This document shows positions 51,851 to 64,000 of a stretch of DNA of 64,000 nucleotides, in pieces. The stretch is from Rhizophagus irregularis (taxonomy: Eukaryota): NCBI RefSeq assembly GCF_026210795.1, contig NC_089431.1, positions 2,294,001 through 2,358,000 of the forward strand, in the 5' to 3' direction. The notes below the pieces were generated by a model that was not told where the DNA came from, did no database searches, and was given only the letters and a program-made list of their open reading frames with translations. Position 1 is the stretch's first letter, and each line of letters starts with the position of its first letter. The position numbers were made by a program, and so were the translations under genes.

Positions 51851-54130
51851 AAAAAAGTCCCTTTGTTTATAATGAGGAAAAAATAAAAATTTATCAAAGT
51901 GATCGACTATAATGTAACGTAATAAATAATGAGCATATATTTCACTGTATTAAATCGTATTGATTTTTATCACAGATTAATTACACAAAGTTTAGTACAT
52001 ATAAATAAATATAAAGTTTTAACCACGGACATTAAAAAAATTTTTATCTGATTTCATCAAATCTATACATAATTTCAAAATATTTTTTTTTCTTATTAAA
52101 AACTATTCGAATATTTATTTTAATTTTTAAAGTATACTTAATTTTAACAAACTATATAAGTGATAATCAAAGTGATCATCACTCATCAGTTGATTGATAA
52201 TTTTAATGTTATCATCTCCATAAATGCTGCTTAATAACATTCAGGAAGTATAAATATTGTGTGATGGGGGAATATCGTGAATTATTAGGTGTAAGCAACA
52301 TTATACGGTAGCGGAAATTTCGAAATAGGTGAATTTATTAGATATTTTCGACTAATGTGAAACGAGGTTATATTCTATCTCAAGTAGACTCAATGCAATG
52401 AAATATGTGTATGTAATAATTAAATTAACTAAAGCAATTAGATAATATCCAGAATATGAATTATTTCTAAAAAAAACAATATCTTAAAAAGATATTGTGA
52501 AAGAATTTTTGGAGAATTTGACAAATTCGAAAATATTCATTATATTTATAGATTTCATCTTTTGTTAAAAAAAAAAAATTATCAAAGTGATCATCTATAA
52601 TAATATACATCTCACTAATTTTAAACGTATTGATTTGTTGATTATTTGTTATCCCTAATTTATTACACAAAAGTACATATAAATAAATATAAAGCACATC
52701 AAAGGTTAGATACGAACATTAAAAAAAATTTTTATATGATTTTGTCAAGTCCAATAATTTCAAATATTTTTTATTAAACTTATACGAATATTTATTTTTT
52801 TTTAATAATACATAACAAAAATTACTACTATATAGTAGGTGATAATCAAGTGTCCATCACCCAGTTTATCGTCATCCTTGCGAAGACAAAACAGAGCACC
52901 CTTCGTCAGATGTTTTCTTGATATTACTTAATATTACGAGAATTTTGAGTAATATATCATTTATTATTTTAAGAGGATTCGATCTCCGTATAACGCTGCA
53001 TAACAACATTCAGGAAGTAAAAATATTGTATGATGAGGGAATATTGTGAGTTATTAGGTATTGTTCTTAGATAAGAGATTACTGTAAGTACGATGTTAAG
53101 CAGCATTATACGGCAGCGGAAATTTTGAAATAGATGAATTTATTAGATATACTTAACAAATGGTTATGTTCTATTTCAATGCAATGAAATATGTATACTT
53201 AATAAATAAATTAACTAAAGTAATTAGATAATTCTCAGAACATGAATCATTTCTAAAAAATAATATCTTGAAGAATATAAAAAAAAAGGTATTGTGAAAG
53301 AATTTTTGGAGAATTTGACAAATGTCGATAATATATATATTCTTTAATATATTTATAAATTTTCATCTTTTTATTTAAAAAAGTTTCATGTGAGAAAAAA
53401 ATTATTAATTTGAATAAAGTTCAAAATTTTAAAAGATCAAAATTTTAATTCTTCATGCATTCATATTTATAAGAAAATAAAATGTTTAAAAATAAAAAAA
53501 AAAGTCCCTTTGTTTTGTAATGAGAAGAAAAATTATCAAAGTGATCAACTATAATAATGATTTATTTATACATTCGAGTACATTTATTTCACTAGTTTTA
53601 AACATATTGATTTGTTGATTATTTGTTATCACTAATTTATTAATTTATTACACAAGAGTGCATATAAATAAATATAAAGCACATCAAATATTATATACGA
53701 ACATTAAAAAAATTTTTATATGATTTTGTCAAGTCCATACATAATTTCAAATATTTTTTATTAAAACTTATATGAATATTTATTTTAATTTTAAACATAC
53801 TAATTTTCTAATAATACATAAAAATTACTACTATATAGGTGATAATCAATGATCATCACTCACAGATGATATAATATACCATGTAAAGTTTTTTTTAAAG
53901 AGAATTTGATCTCCGTATAGCGCTGCTTAACAGATAAGAGACTACTGTAAGTACGATGTTAAGCAGTATTATACGGTAGCGGAAATTTTGAAATAGATGA
54001 ATTTATTAGATATACTTAACTAATGCGAAACGAGGTTATGTTCTATCTCAAGTGGATTCAATGCAATGGATTATGTGTACGTAATAAATAAATTAACTAA
54101 AGCAATTAGACAATTCCCAGAACATGAATC
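51851..54130. repeat. Three diverged tandem copies of a ~0.7-0.9 kb non-coding unit (about 51851-52562, 52563-53375, 53495-54130), plus an inverted fragment at 54792-54873
   Basis: Blocks ttatcaaagtgatc, ttacacaa, ttatacgg.agcggaaattt, aattaactaaag each occur three times in the same order. Confidence 0.85.
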
Positions 54131-57119
54131 AAGTGGTTGTAAATCAAATTAAAAATAAAATATTTTTGTTTTTGTCTTGACAACATGTAAATGATGATAG
54201 TATTTTCCCTGCATTCAACATTCGAGAAAATAAGTTTCAAAGTAGCTGCAGTTTCTAACATAAACTATAAACACATTTAAAGGACTAATCTAAATTATGA
54301 ATAAAGAACTAAATATGGATTTATCCCATTCATTCGTGTAAAGTTTGAGCCCATTCATATTTCTTGAATAAGTTCGACTATAATAAGGGCGTATACTCAG
54401 CCGATAATATTCACATGATTTATTATAAATTGGAATATGTCCTTCATGTGAATGACGACATATTCAAAAAATAAGTTCAATCTGGTTCCAGGGAAGGGAA
54501 ATTTTTCGTAAAGACTGATAGTAACATCATCAAAAATTTTGCAACTGTTTTAATAAACATTGATAATGGTTTAATTAAAAAAAAAAATGATGATAATTTA
54601 TTATTAGTATAGGAGCTTTGGACTTTTATTATTGTTTTATTTATATGGCTTACCTTTTTTGATCTACAACCTCTTGACTCATGTTCGAAGATCACCTAAC
54701 CACTTTAATATAATTGTTAAAATCTTAAATTTTAGTTTGATCGTCCGTACTGCGAGGTTGTGTCCTCCTCGTTTATTTAGTTTCTAGACCCATCCACTTA
54801 AGATAGTACATAACTTCGTTTGGCAATTAGTCAAGTATATCTAATGAAATTCATCGTATTCAGAATTCCGCTAGTCAAAACTTTTTAATATTTACAAGTT
54901 GTAATACCACAATTTTTGCATTATGACGTAGAAGTTCAGGAGTTTCATTGTTTAAAAAATTACGCTTGTACTTAAAAGGGGACAGATTGGCGGTTTTTAG
55001 CGTTACAAAAAGAAAATTTGGATAAATTTAATAAGCTTAGGGTTTAAATCGATTTATTATCACGAATAAAGTAAACATTGTGTTTCAAGAAAAATCCAAA
55101 GTCTGATATCGTACGAAAGTAATGTAATAAGGTAAAAAGAATATATGAGAATTTTAAATAAATGTCATTAAAAATTCGTTAAATTCATTAATTTTCAAGA
55201 AAAAAAAAAATGAGGAAATAGGGAAAAAAATGTTTAAATAAAAGAAAGTTATGTATATTATCATTTTTTTTTTTTTTTTTTTTGCAAGGAAATTATTTTT
55301 CTTCAATGTATTGATTGAAAGAAAACAAAAAAGAAAAGAATCCTTTGGAGGGTTTATATAATCATGATTAACGTAAATTCGGAATAAAAAATTAAAATAT
55401 AGATAAGAACAATAAGGATATAAATCGATCTTTTGTTAAATAAAAATAAAAATATTTGTTTACAAGTTAACATGTGAATAATGAAATCAGGAGGCCCTAT
55501 TCGTATGTTATATTTGCATAATGTTTATTATATAATCTATCTTATATAATCCAAAAGATGGAAAGGTTAACATTTGAATGAGGTTACCGAACAGGAAAAT
55601 ATTAAATATTTTTCAAACAATGTACAATTATGAAAGTTCATATGATTAATATATTCATTATAATGACAATAAAAATAATACTTTGATGTCATTAACTTAA
55701 AATTTCCGAAATTTAGTGTGATATCGAATAACAGTAAAACCGACTATTATTGAAAAAAGAAAAAGAGAAAAAAGTTCATTATCACGTGACTATTAGTCAA
55801 ATTTTGAAAAATTCAAAGGGACATGAATGGATATTGATCATGGTGTTACGTACGGCGTAAAGTATATCAGATTTTTAACTGGGGCTCCATAAAATTTAAA
55901 ATGTCCATTGTTAATTCTTGCATATGTGATAAACTTTGATGCTTATCACAATATACAGTAATCAGTTCTTTGTATTCTTTCAAACACTATCAAGATTACG
56001 CATTCCCCTATAATTATTATACTTGTAAATAATAAATTAAAAAAGAAATGTAAATGACTAATATCAATGAGGTAAATGGGTAAAAATACTTGAACATCTT
56101 TTCACTATTTAAGAATAGTTGTAAATCCAAATATTTTGGGCGTAAAGAAGTAGAAGGCGTTATTCTATACATTTATTAGATAAACAAATCTGTCGTCGTT
56201 TTCTCTCCACTACGATTCATTTTTATTATTTACAGTATGTCCGATCTCATATTTATTTATACATTTAAAAGTATTCTATTCAATTGCCGTGCGTATCCCA
56301 TTTTCTACATATCAGTTCATTTATTAATAAAAAGTTGGTCCTAAATTATAATTTTCCAATTTTTTTTATATCAAAAAAAAAGAAGACCTTTTAAAGCTAC
56401 CTTTTTTTTTTTGACGTCTTTTGGTGATATGCATACATTATAATGAGCCTGCATCGACGTTTGTTCCTGTAAATCATTACCAAATAATCGGGTAATAATT
56501 TTAGTTGATCCACTCGATCGGTTGAATAATTTAAACCTTAAAAGGCTAAGTATTTCCGCAGTCTGTGGTAAAGCTACCAAATTATGAACAATGTATATTA
56601 GGCGTAAGGGGGTAGGAAAAAAAAAGAAAAAAGAAAGAGATAATATAGTTTTGGGTGAAATTTTCTTTATTTTGCATCAAATCTATTCATAATAATATTA
56701 TAAAAAAATCTAACCAACCATATCAATAAAGTAATAAAGTTTTCGAACAAAAAAAAAGTGATATAAGAATATAGATGATAAATAAATAACTAGTGATTCT
56801 TTAATAAAATTTTTCTTGAAAAGTTTTATAACAAGTTTGATAAATAGAAGAATTTTCCGATGAATGGATTGCCTGTTTTGATTATAAGGTCTGTGTTCTG
56901 AACTTGTAATGAAAATATTAATTAATTAAGGAAATTTGGAGAAATTTTAATTATTAGTTATTAAATAGCTGAACATGTGTATAGTAAATATAAATATTTA
57001 CTAGTAATCTGCAACCGACATATCCCAAAGATGTCACGCATTTCCATAGTATAGGTAGTATTAATTGTGATAAACATTTCAATATTGTGATTAAAAAAAA
57101 ACAAAAAATTCTTTAAAAT

Positions 57120-57344
57120 TTAAAAAAAAGTTGTCCCATTAAACAATTGTTCGGCAAATTCATCATCTATGTTCTGCTGTGGGGGTAATTCTCGCATCCT
57201 CCTTAGCGTATTATTATTATTTAAAATGTTAATCGATGATGGAACAAGTAATAATCGAATTCTTCGATTTAATTGTATTCTGTTGAATTGAAGTCTCCTC
57301 CTTCTTCGATTAATAGAATTATTATTCTGATTTGAAGAAAGCAT
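57120..57344 (-). CDS. Micropeptide family member 6 (74 aa), ending ...TLRRMRELPPQQNIDDEFAEQLFNGTTFF
   Basis: ORF track; RRRRRL patch and the full family motif. Confidence 0.85.
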   Translation of the reverse strand: MLSSNQNNNSINRRRRRLQFNRIQLNRRIRLLLVPSSINILNNNNTLRRMRELPPQQNIDDEFAEQLFNGTTFF

Positions 57345-59345
57345 TTTATTCCTAATTATTTATTTTTACAAAAATTTATAAATACATGTAATCACAGTGT
57401 AGAAAATTTCAAAGATTATATATAGTTTAGTTTCTAGGAGACATTCATTTAAAGATTTTGACAATATAGTGAGAACAATATGACCTTTAATCATTTTATT
57501 TATTTGACCTTTTTTTTTTGGTCTTTAAAAATAATAAGGTTTTTTTGAAATTTTTTTCATGTGAAATAATGATAATTTTTACGATTAACATTGGATTTTA
57601 ACTTGACAAGAAAATAATAATGTACTGTACAATAAAAGTACACAATACAATACACATATATTATTTACTTATTGAATAAAATTAAAAAAATTTATCAATA
57701 GGTGAAAGAATTACCAAATATAGGGTTTTAACTATGAATCTATGATTATAAAGCATGGATGGGGTCATTGTGTGGAGATATGGCAGGTTAGAAATTTAAA
57801 GTTTCAAACAATAATCCCCCACTTATCCACTCGTGATTCTTATAAACTTGTCAAAGTTGACTTACCTTTTTACATTAATTTGTGGCGCAAGGTAACGATC
57901 TCATGTGTTTACATATTACATATTCTAGAATAATGTTGTAAATATGTGCATCATTTAATTTTAATTGGGTATAAGTAGATCTGTGATTATCATCACTTTT
58001 GTTTCAATTGTACATGAAGAAAAATTTTTTCGGCGTATTCGGTAAACGAAAACCCGTTCGCCCTAGCCGTCCATTATAACTTTGGTTCTATCCGACTTTT
58101 AGTCGTTTCCGAAACCTTAAATTCATTGATTACTAATAATAAGTCACAAACCATATGATAATATGATAAAAACATTATTACGGCACTTTAAAAAAATCCT
58201 TTTGAAAAATTGAATCATATGTGCATACTTGCGTTAGTTTGCGTATTATATTATATTTTGTAAAAAAGATGTTATAATATTTAAACCTCCGACGATATTT
58301 AATTTTAATTTATGATCGTCTTTATTGTGAACCATTTTTTTTACCGGTAGATCCCAATGATCCCAATCGACCTATTTTTTTTTTTTACCATGAACTCCAC
58401 ACGTGTATATAGAGTGAACTGCTGCCATATTACAAGTATATCTGTCATGTTAAGTGACTTTATTTTAATTATTAAAAATATATTAAAAATATATTAACTT
58501 CGAGAAAATATGGACTTCTTAATATATTATATACAGTATATGCATACTTATTATACGCATAATTATATTGTACTGAACTTTTATACAGTACATACATAAC
58601 AATTAAAGATTTCTAAATAAAAAAAAAATTAAAGAAAAAAAAATGAATGAACAATATTAAATTCTACAATGATAATATTTTCTTTAAAAAATGTTATTAA
58701 ATAAATATATATATATATAAGCAATAATGTACGTAACTTGCAGCAAAATGCATTAAAATGAACACTTTTTGTTTCCCCATTATAAGTAATATCAAGTGAA
58801 TTATTTCTTTTGACATGTGAATTAATGAAATTATATAATAATATATGGCAAATTAATTTTCATAGCCCATCATAAAAAAAAAAAATACAAAATTATAAAT
58901 AATTTATATAGAGGATTAAAAGAATTCATTGCTAACCGAACAGGAAAAAATTCAATGAAAAAAAAAATCTCATTTTCACGAGAGAAATTTTCTTTTTTTT
59001 TTTTAAAGTTTACCGGAACGACAAAAAATAAATATCCCTAAAGAAGAAAATGTATAATCAAAAACAATTTTTAAAAATATTTTTATTGTACGTTTGAAAT
59101 CAATGAATTTCAATTTATAAATTACATATTCAAACAGCATTTTTCCCCTTTATTGTTTTGCAGAAGTACTAACAAAAGTTTTTACATGCCCATTGTATGA
59201 TTGTATCATACGAATATATCTATTAGAAATTTTGATCCGAATATTTTTATCTGAATTATAAAGTATAGGCTGTAAGATAAGGTTCAGATTGTGCAGATTT
59301 AATGAATATTTTTGGAGTTATACCACTAAAATTAATCACATGCTG

Positions 59346-59620
59346 AAGTGGTTGATACTTCTGGCCGATAACACTGGAAATTGGCATAAAGTTATTGTGA
59401 GTAAATTTTATTATCTGATGTTGCAGTACATGGATATATTATAAAGTTTCAGAAGATGATACGAGAGGTTCGGTTCGTTGATAACTCAATAAAGTGGTGG
59501 ATAATTCTGGCCGACAGCACTGGAAATTAGCATAAAGTTATTGTGGGGGAAATTTAATATTATCTGATGTTACAGTATTTAGTTTCAGAAAATGATACGA
59601 AAGGTTGAGTTCATTGTTAA
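59346..59620. repeat. Tandem duplication of a ~145-bp unit
   Basis: aagtggt.gata.ttctggccga.a.cactggaaatt.gcataaagttattgtg...agtttcagaa.atgatacga.aggtt occurs twice. Confidence 0.85.
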
Positions 59621-60276
59621 AAAGGTACGTAGATTCACGGAATTATGGAGACATAGTAATGGAAATACGGAATTATTCAGTCAGAAAAGACTTTCAAAAT
59701 AATTTTAATAAATTTCAAATTTCTTTTTAAAAGAAAATACATATTAGAAATGGATTAAGTGACAGTTAAATGATTAGAAAAACAGACAATAATAAAAGTA
59801 ACTACAAATAATAAAAATATACTAAAATATACATATATGATATGATAATATGATATACTAACAAATATGAATAACAAATGATATGATGTTATACGTGAAT
59901 GATGATTTGGACTATGTAATAAAAACTAATTAATAGATCTTAAAGCTACAAAAAAAAAATATATATATATTTCGAGCCAAATATCTAAAATTAGAATTTG
60001 GCGTTTGACATATTGTGACTTAATATGCGGTGATCCAAACATGCTTGGTAAAAGCGAGCAACATGCAGAAGCGATAAAACTAAAATAGTTAGCCTATTTT
60101 AATATAAAAGTAATGTTTGAAATTGCTATGAAACATGAAATTTGATAAGAAAAAAAAATTTTTTTTTTGATAGATCATATGACAAATTATATACATTGCG
60201 TTAGAGTAAAAAAAAAAGCTGCAATCTGCGGATTGATAGCCGAATTAATCTTTAATAGGTAAAAAATATTTCGATG

Positions 60277-60462
60277 TTAAGGAAAGGAACAACCTCCAAA
60301 CAGAATTTTTGCATTTTCGTTATCTGTATTTTGAGGAGGCATCTGCTGCATACTCCTTAAAGTTACATCATTATTTATCAAATTTACTAGTCCTCTACTT
60401 CGTCGGATCAACCTTCTCCTTCTTGTATTATTAATTCTACGATTCGAAGATACAGAAACCAT
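60277..60462 (-). CDS. Micropeptide family member 7 (61 aa), ending ...TLRSMQQMPPQNTDNENAKILFGGCSFP
   Basis: ORF track; TRRRRLIRR patch and the family motif. Confidence 0.85.
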   Translation of the reverse strand: MVSVSSNRRINNTRRRRLIRRSRGLVNLINNDVTLRSMQQMPPQNTDNENAKILFGGCSFP

Positions 60463-63400
60463 TTCTCGTTATCTTTTATTGTATAATGATGTACAGTATA
60501 TAGTAAATGATTTGTATCGTTTGAGGGAAGAATAAAAAAGTATATGATTTCTGCTGTATATATTTATATATATATATATATATATTGGAAAAAAAAAGAA
60601 GAGATAGAATTCTCTGTTTATATATATCTTCCAATTAATATAAGTTGCGTCATCATTAAAATTTGAGAATAAACTTGATTTGAGAATAAGAGAATAAAAC
60701 AATTTGTCATTTCTTTCAATACCATACGTATTATTTTTATCAGATTAACCATACAGGGAAATAAAACAAACCCCAACAGTTACTGCGTATTATTTAAACA
60801 GGAAATCGTAGGCGGGAATTTCAATATGCGCATTTGTTTTTTTTTTACTCCGCAATTTTGAGTAAGATATATTGAGTGATCTTATCAAAAATATCCGACA
60901 TTTTTTTATTAAAAAAAAAAGCATTACTATTAACATTTTATTTATTTTACAATAAATTAAAAATGTTACACAGATGGACATTTAAGTTTTCATTCATTAT
61001 TCGGATTTCCGCCACTATATCCAAAACTTGTTCTAATAAAATAGAGGAAAAGTTTTTATTGTTTTTATTTATATAGATGTATTTTAAATATTTTATCCTA
61101 CTTTTTTTATTTATTTATTTGTTAGACTCATGATGATTATTGTTTAAAACAATAAACATGACCAATATATTGTCGGGACGTATTCGTATGGCAATGATGT
61201 GTATGGAGAGAAATTAAACTGGTAAATCTAATAAAGTCAATCACAAAGTATCTGTATGCAAGAATAGAAAACGTTGCTAATTAAATTTCCTATTGAGGTT
61301 GATTTTTGAGCCGCCTTCTGAGTCAAAAAGCGCGCTTAAATTCGGCATGATATATGAATGAGCGAAAAAAGCATACATCTGGCTCAGTATAACTTATGAA
61401 AATCAAAAGCGACTTTTCGCGATAAAAATTAGTACGCCTTATAAGTATTTTTTATTTAAAGAATTTTTATTTTTTACAATAAAATTATATATACAATAAT
61501 GTCCTCTTAATATTTAATCGAAGATGATCAATTTCAATTATGATTTTCGACCATCATTAGATAAATTTTTTCTTAAATGCTCATATAATTCTTACTAAAA
61601 AAGAAAAGAAGAAAAAAAACGGTTATAAGGTCCGATTGAAGAGATCAGCACATAGCATCATGTTGTGTTAGGAGTTTAAAAATCAATTAATAATCACTCT
61701 TTTATTGTAAGGTTCCCTTCTTTACCTATTTTTTCTTTTTGTACCATTGTGTAATGATCATCCTAACAAATCATTTTGTTTATACCGAATTTAAACTCTA
61801 CTTTTAAGAACTAAAAATGTCATTATTAAGACTTATGTAATAATCATACTATCTCTAGTTATTCATTCCTATTGAAGTAGATTTACAACGAAAGATTGTC
61901 ACAATAAGTTGGTCTATGTATTATTGTACGTCAGACATGAATAAATGGTTACATTTTAAAAACTTTCAATTTCCCCATTATTTTTTCACTCATTACGAGA
62001 TTTTTTGTTCCTAAAAAGTTCAAGAAGAAATGCTTATAAATTATTATTAACGCATTTGTACAAGATGTACATGAATAGTAATAAATTCGCTTAACTACGG
62101 ATTATTGAGCGATTACAAAGATTGAGATCGCAGCTTGTTATTTTTTACCTCAATGAAGTCGTGTTTAACAATATATAAGCTTAAATAAATTGAAAACAAT
62201 ATGTTAAAACATTTTCATTATTTAATCTTTTGTTCTCGTGTTTATATTATAGTAAAATATTTATTTGTATAATGTTTTATCGCTTTCTCTATTTATTAAA
62301 TTATGATCATTAATAACATCATAATTTTATTTTTAACAATCAAAGTTTTTATGAATATTATCTAAATTAACAAAGAGGTATAATTATATAATTGGTTAAG
62401 AAAAAACTTGATTTTCGGCGAGCTTTTCTTGTAACACTTTTGAACAATGACTTAAAGAGAACATGTTACACGACAATTCGAGTAGGATAATCTAAATCAG
62501 TTTTGGTCGATCATTACATATTACAAATTTTAAATCGAACGAATTAATCTTATTTTTAGTAAAATAGGTAAATTAAAATCTAGGTTTTTAATTGTACTAC
62601 ATATACTCTATATTTAGTTCTGCTTAAAAATATTAAGTTTTCTTACACTGAATTTCTTTTATTTTTAAAATGAATGAATGCTCTGAAATTTTGTAATAAA
62701 TAACTTTGTAATAAATATTCGAATAAAGTATATAAACATATGTCAATTCTGTTGTGGATTCACTCGATTGAATTATTGGTCACTTATTAAACCTACATGA
62801 TGTTTTTCAAATCACCGACAAATATTTTACTTAAATAAAAATAATTTTATTTAATTTGTAATGCAAATAATATAATTCAATTTTATCAATTAATCAATTA
62901 TAAATATTGTTGAAATACAATATGCTCTGATTGAAAACAACTGAATTTTTTGAATCATTAAAAATGAATTATATAGTTTATAAAGAAATCCTGCTAATGT
63001 TTATAAAAGTCAAAAATTAATTTGTGCGTTTACTCGATCATAAAATAATAATATATCATATAAATAACGATGATTTGATTGTAAGTGAAACGTACCTGTC
63101 GGCTAAATAATTCAGTTGTTGCTAATTTGATTGCTGATAAATTGAACAAAACCCCTAGAGACGATAGATAATACTTAAATTGATTTCCGTGAGAATGAAA
63201 TGACACGACAAAGAACCTAACTTTAATACTATAATAGTCACGTGACAAAATTATGAATGGATTACATTGTTGAACGCATATGATATATCAGTAATACACC
63301 TATTTTTTCAAACATTGTTAAATCGAAGGGCGAGGTCCTCTCTTGGGAGGATGACGACTACCGAATTTTGGTTATTAAATGTAATAAACCCTGGTTACTA

Positions 63401-64000
63401 CTATTTTAGAAATAAAATAAAATAAAATAAATATATCAATACACCATATATTTTAATCATAAATAGCCTAGTTGTTAAGTAGGCAATTGCTCGGAGATAT
63501 TATTGGTGATAATTTGTGTCAAGATTAACCAATCATAAGCTATAATTAGGGATCAAATTATCACGTTGCCTAATAATTTTCTCCGATATTATGAATGTAT
63601 ATACCACTAAAATTATATAGGTAATATTTTTTCAAGAACATTAACCATATTAACCCAGCATGCAATGGAGACAAAGCATGCTAAGTTAATCATCATCGAC
63701 GAATCCAACAAACTATGTTTGTCTTTCTACATCCACTACATGATGAGTTACATGGTTCAACGTTCCTAAAAAAGTTATTTCCAGTTAATTTGGATATTAT
63801 TTTTTACTTTCAATGTAAGATTTCTATTATACAAATTAAATTATTTTAAGTTAAAATAACCATCAAACCATCAAATTTCCATATGGTAGCCGTAGACGAT
63901 CATTGAACGGCATATAGTTATCCCCTATTTATAAGACCCAGGTACTTTACTACTCCTTAATTCTGGTAAAGTTGTATTGTGCTCCCCTCCTATAATACCC

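Noticed and set aside
51851..54130. CRISPR-like or coding repeat array
   Set aside because: Eukaryotic context, long diverged units without a repeat-spacer pattern, and no conserved ORF.
37150..60570. TATA-like and CACGTG sites upstream of several micropeptide genes as a shared regulatory code
   Set aside because: TATAAATA-like words are expected by chance at this AT content, and E-box distances vary by kilobases; not supportable without statistics.
63640..64000. GC-richer, exon-like sequence at the window end
   Set aside because: The frames I checked close quickly and show no recognisable motif; it cannot be called without the adjacent sequence.

Overview
Very AT-rich eukaryotic DNA with short GT-AG introns. 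The gene and transposon content points to an arbuscular mycorrhizal fungus (Glomeromycotina, Rhizophagus/Glomus-like); this is an inference. There are three zones. (1) 0.4-19.6 kb holds six genes: a TM plus ubiquitin-like protein, ORC2, the DEAH helicase DHR1/ECM16 (DHX37) head-to-head with a CCDC6-like coiled-coil gene, an AMF-type tyrosine-kinase-like gene with degenerate catalytic motifs, and an intronless EAF3/MRG15. Foldback elements and MITEs are interspersed. (2) About 20-35.8 kb is a CpG-depleted transposon graveyard with nested hAT, pogo, Tc1, LINE, Harbinger-like MITEs and a probable Helitron. (3) About 36-64 kb looks like a gene desert but carries seven co-oriented, intronless, minus-strand small ORFs (52-78 aa). 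They share an Arg-rich N-terminal half and a conserved C-terminal tail resembling R-Q-L-P-x-Q-N...F-[NGC]-G-S-S-F-Y*. Three of the seven are missing from the supplied ORF track. This micropeptide family is the main finding; I do not recognise it as a described family.
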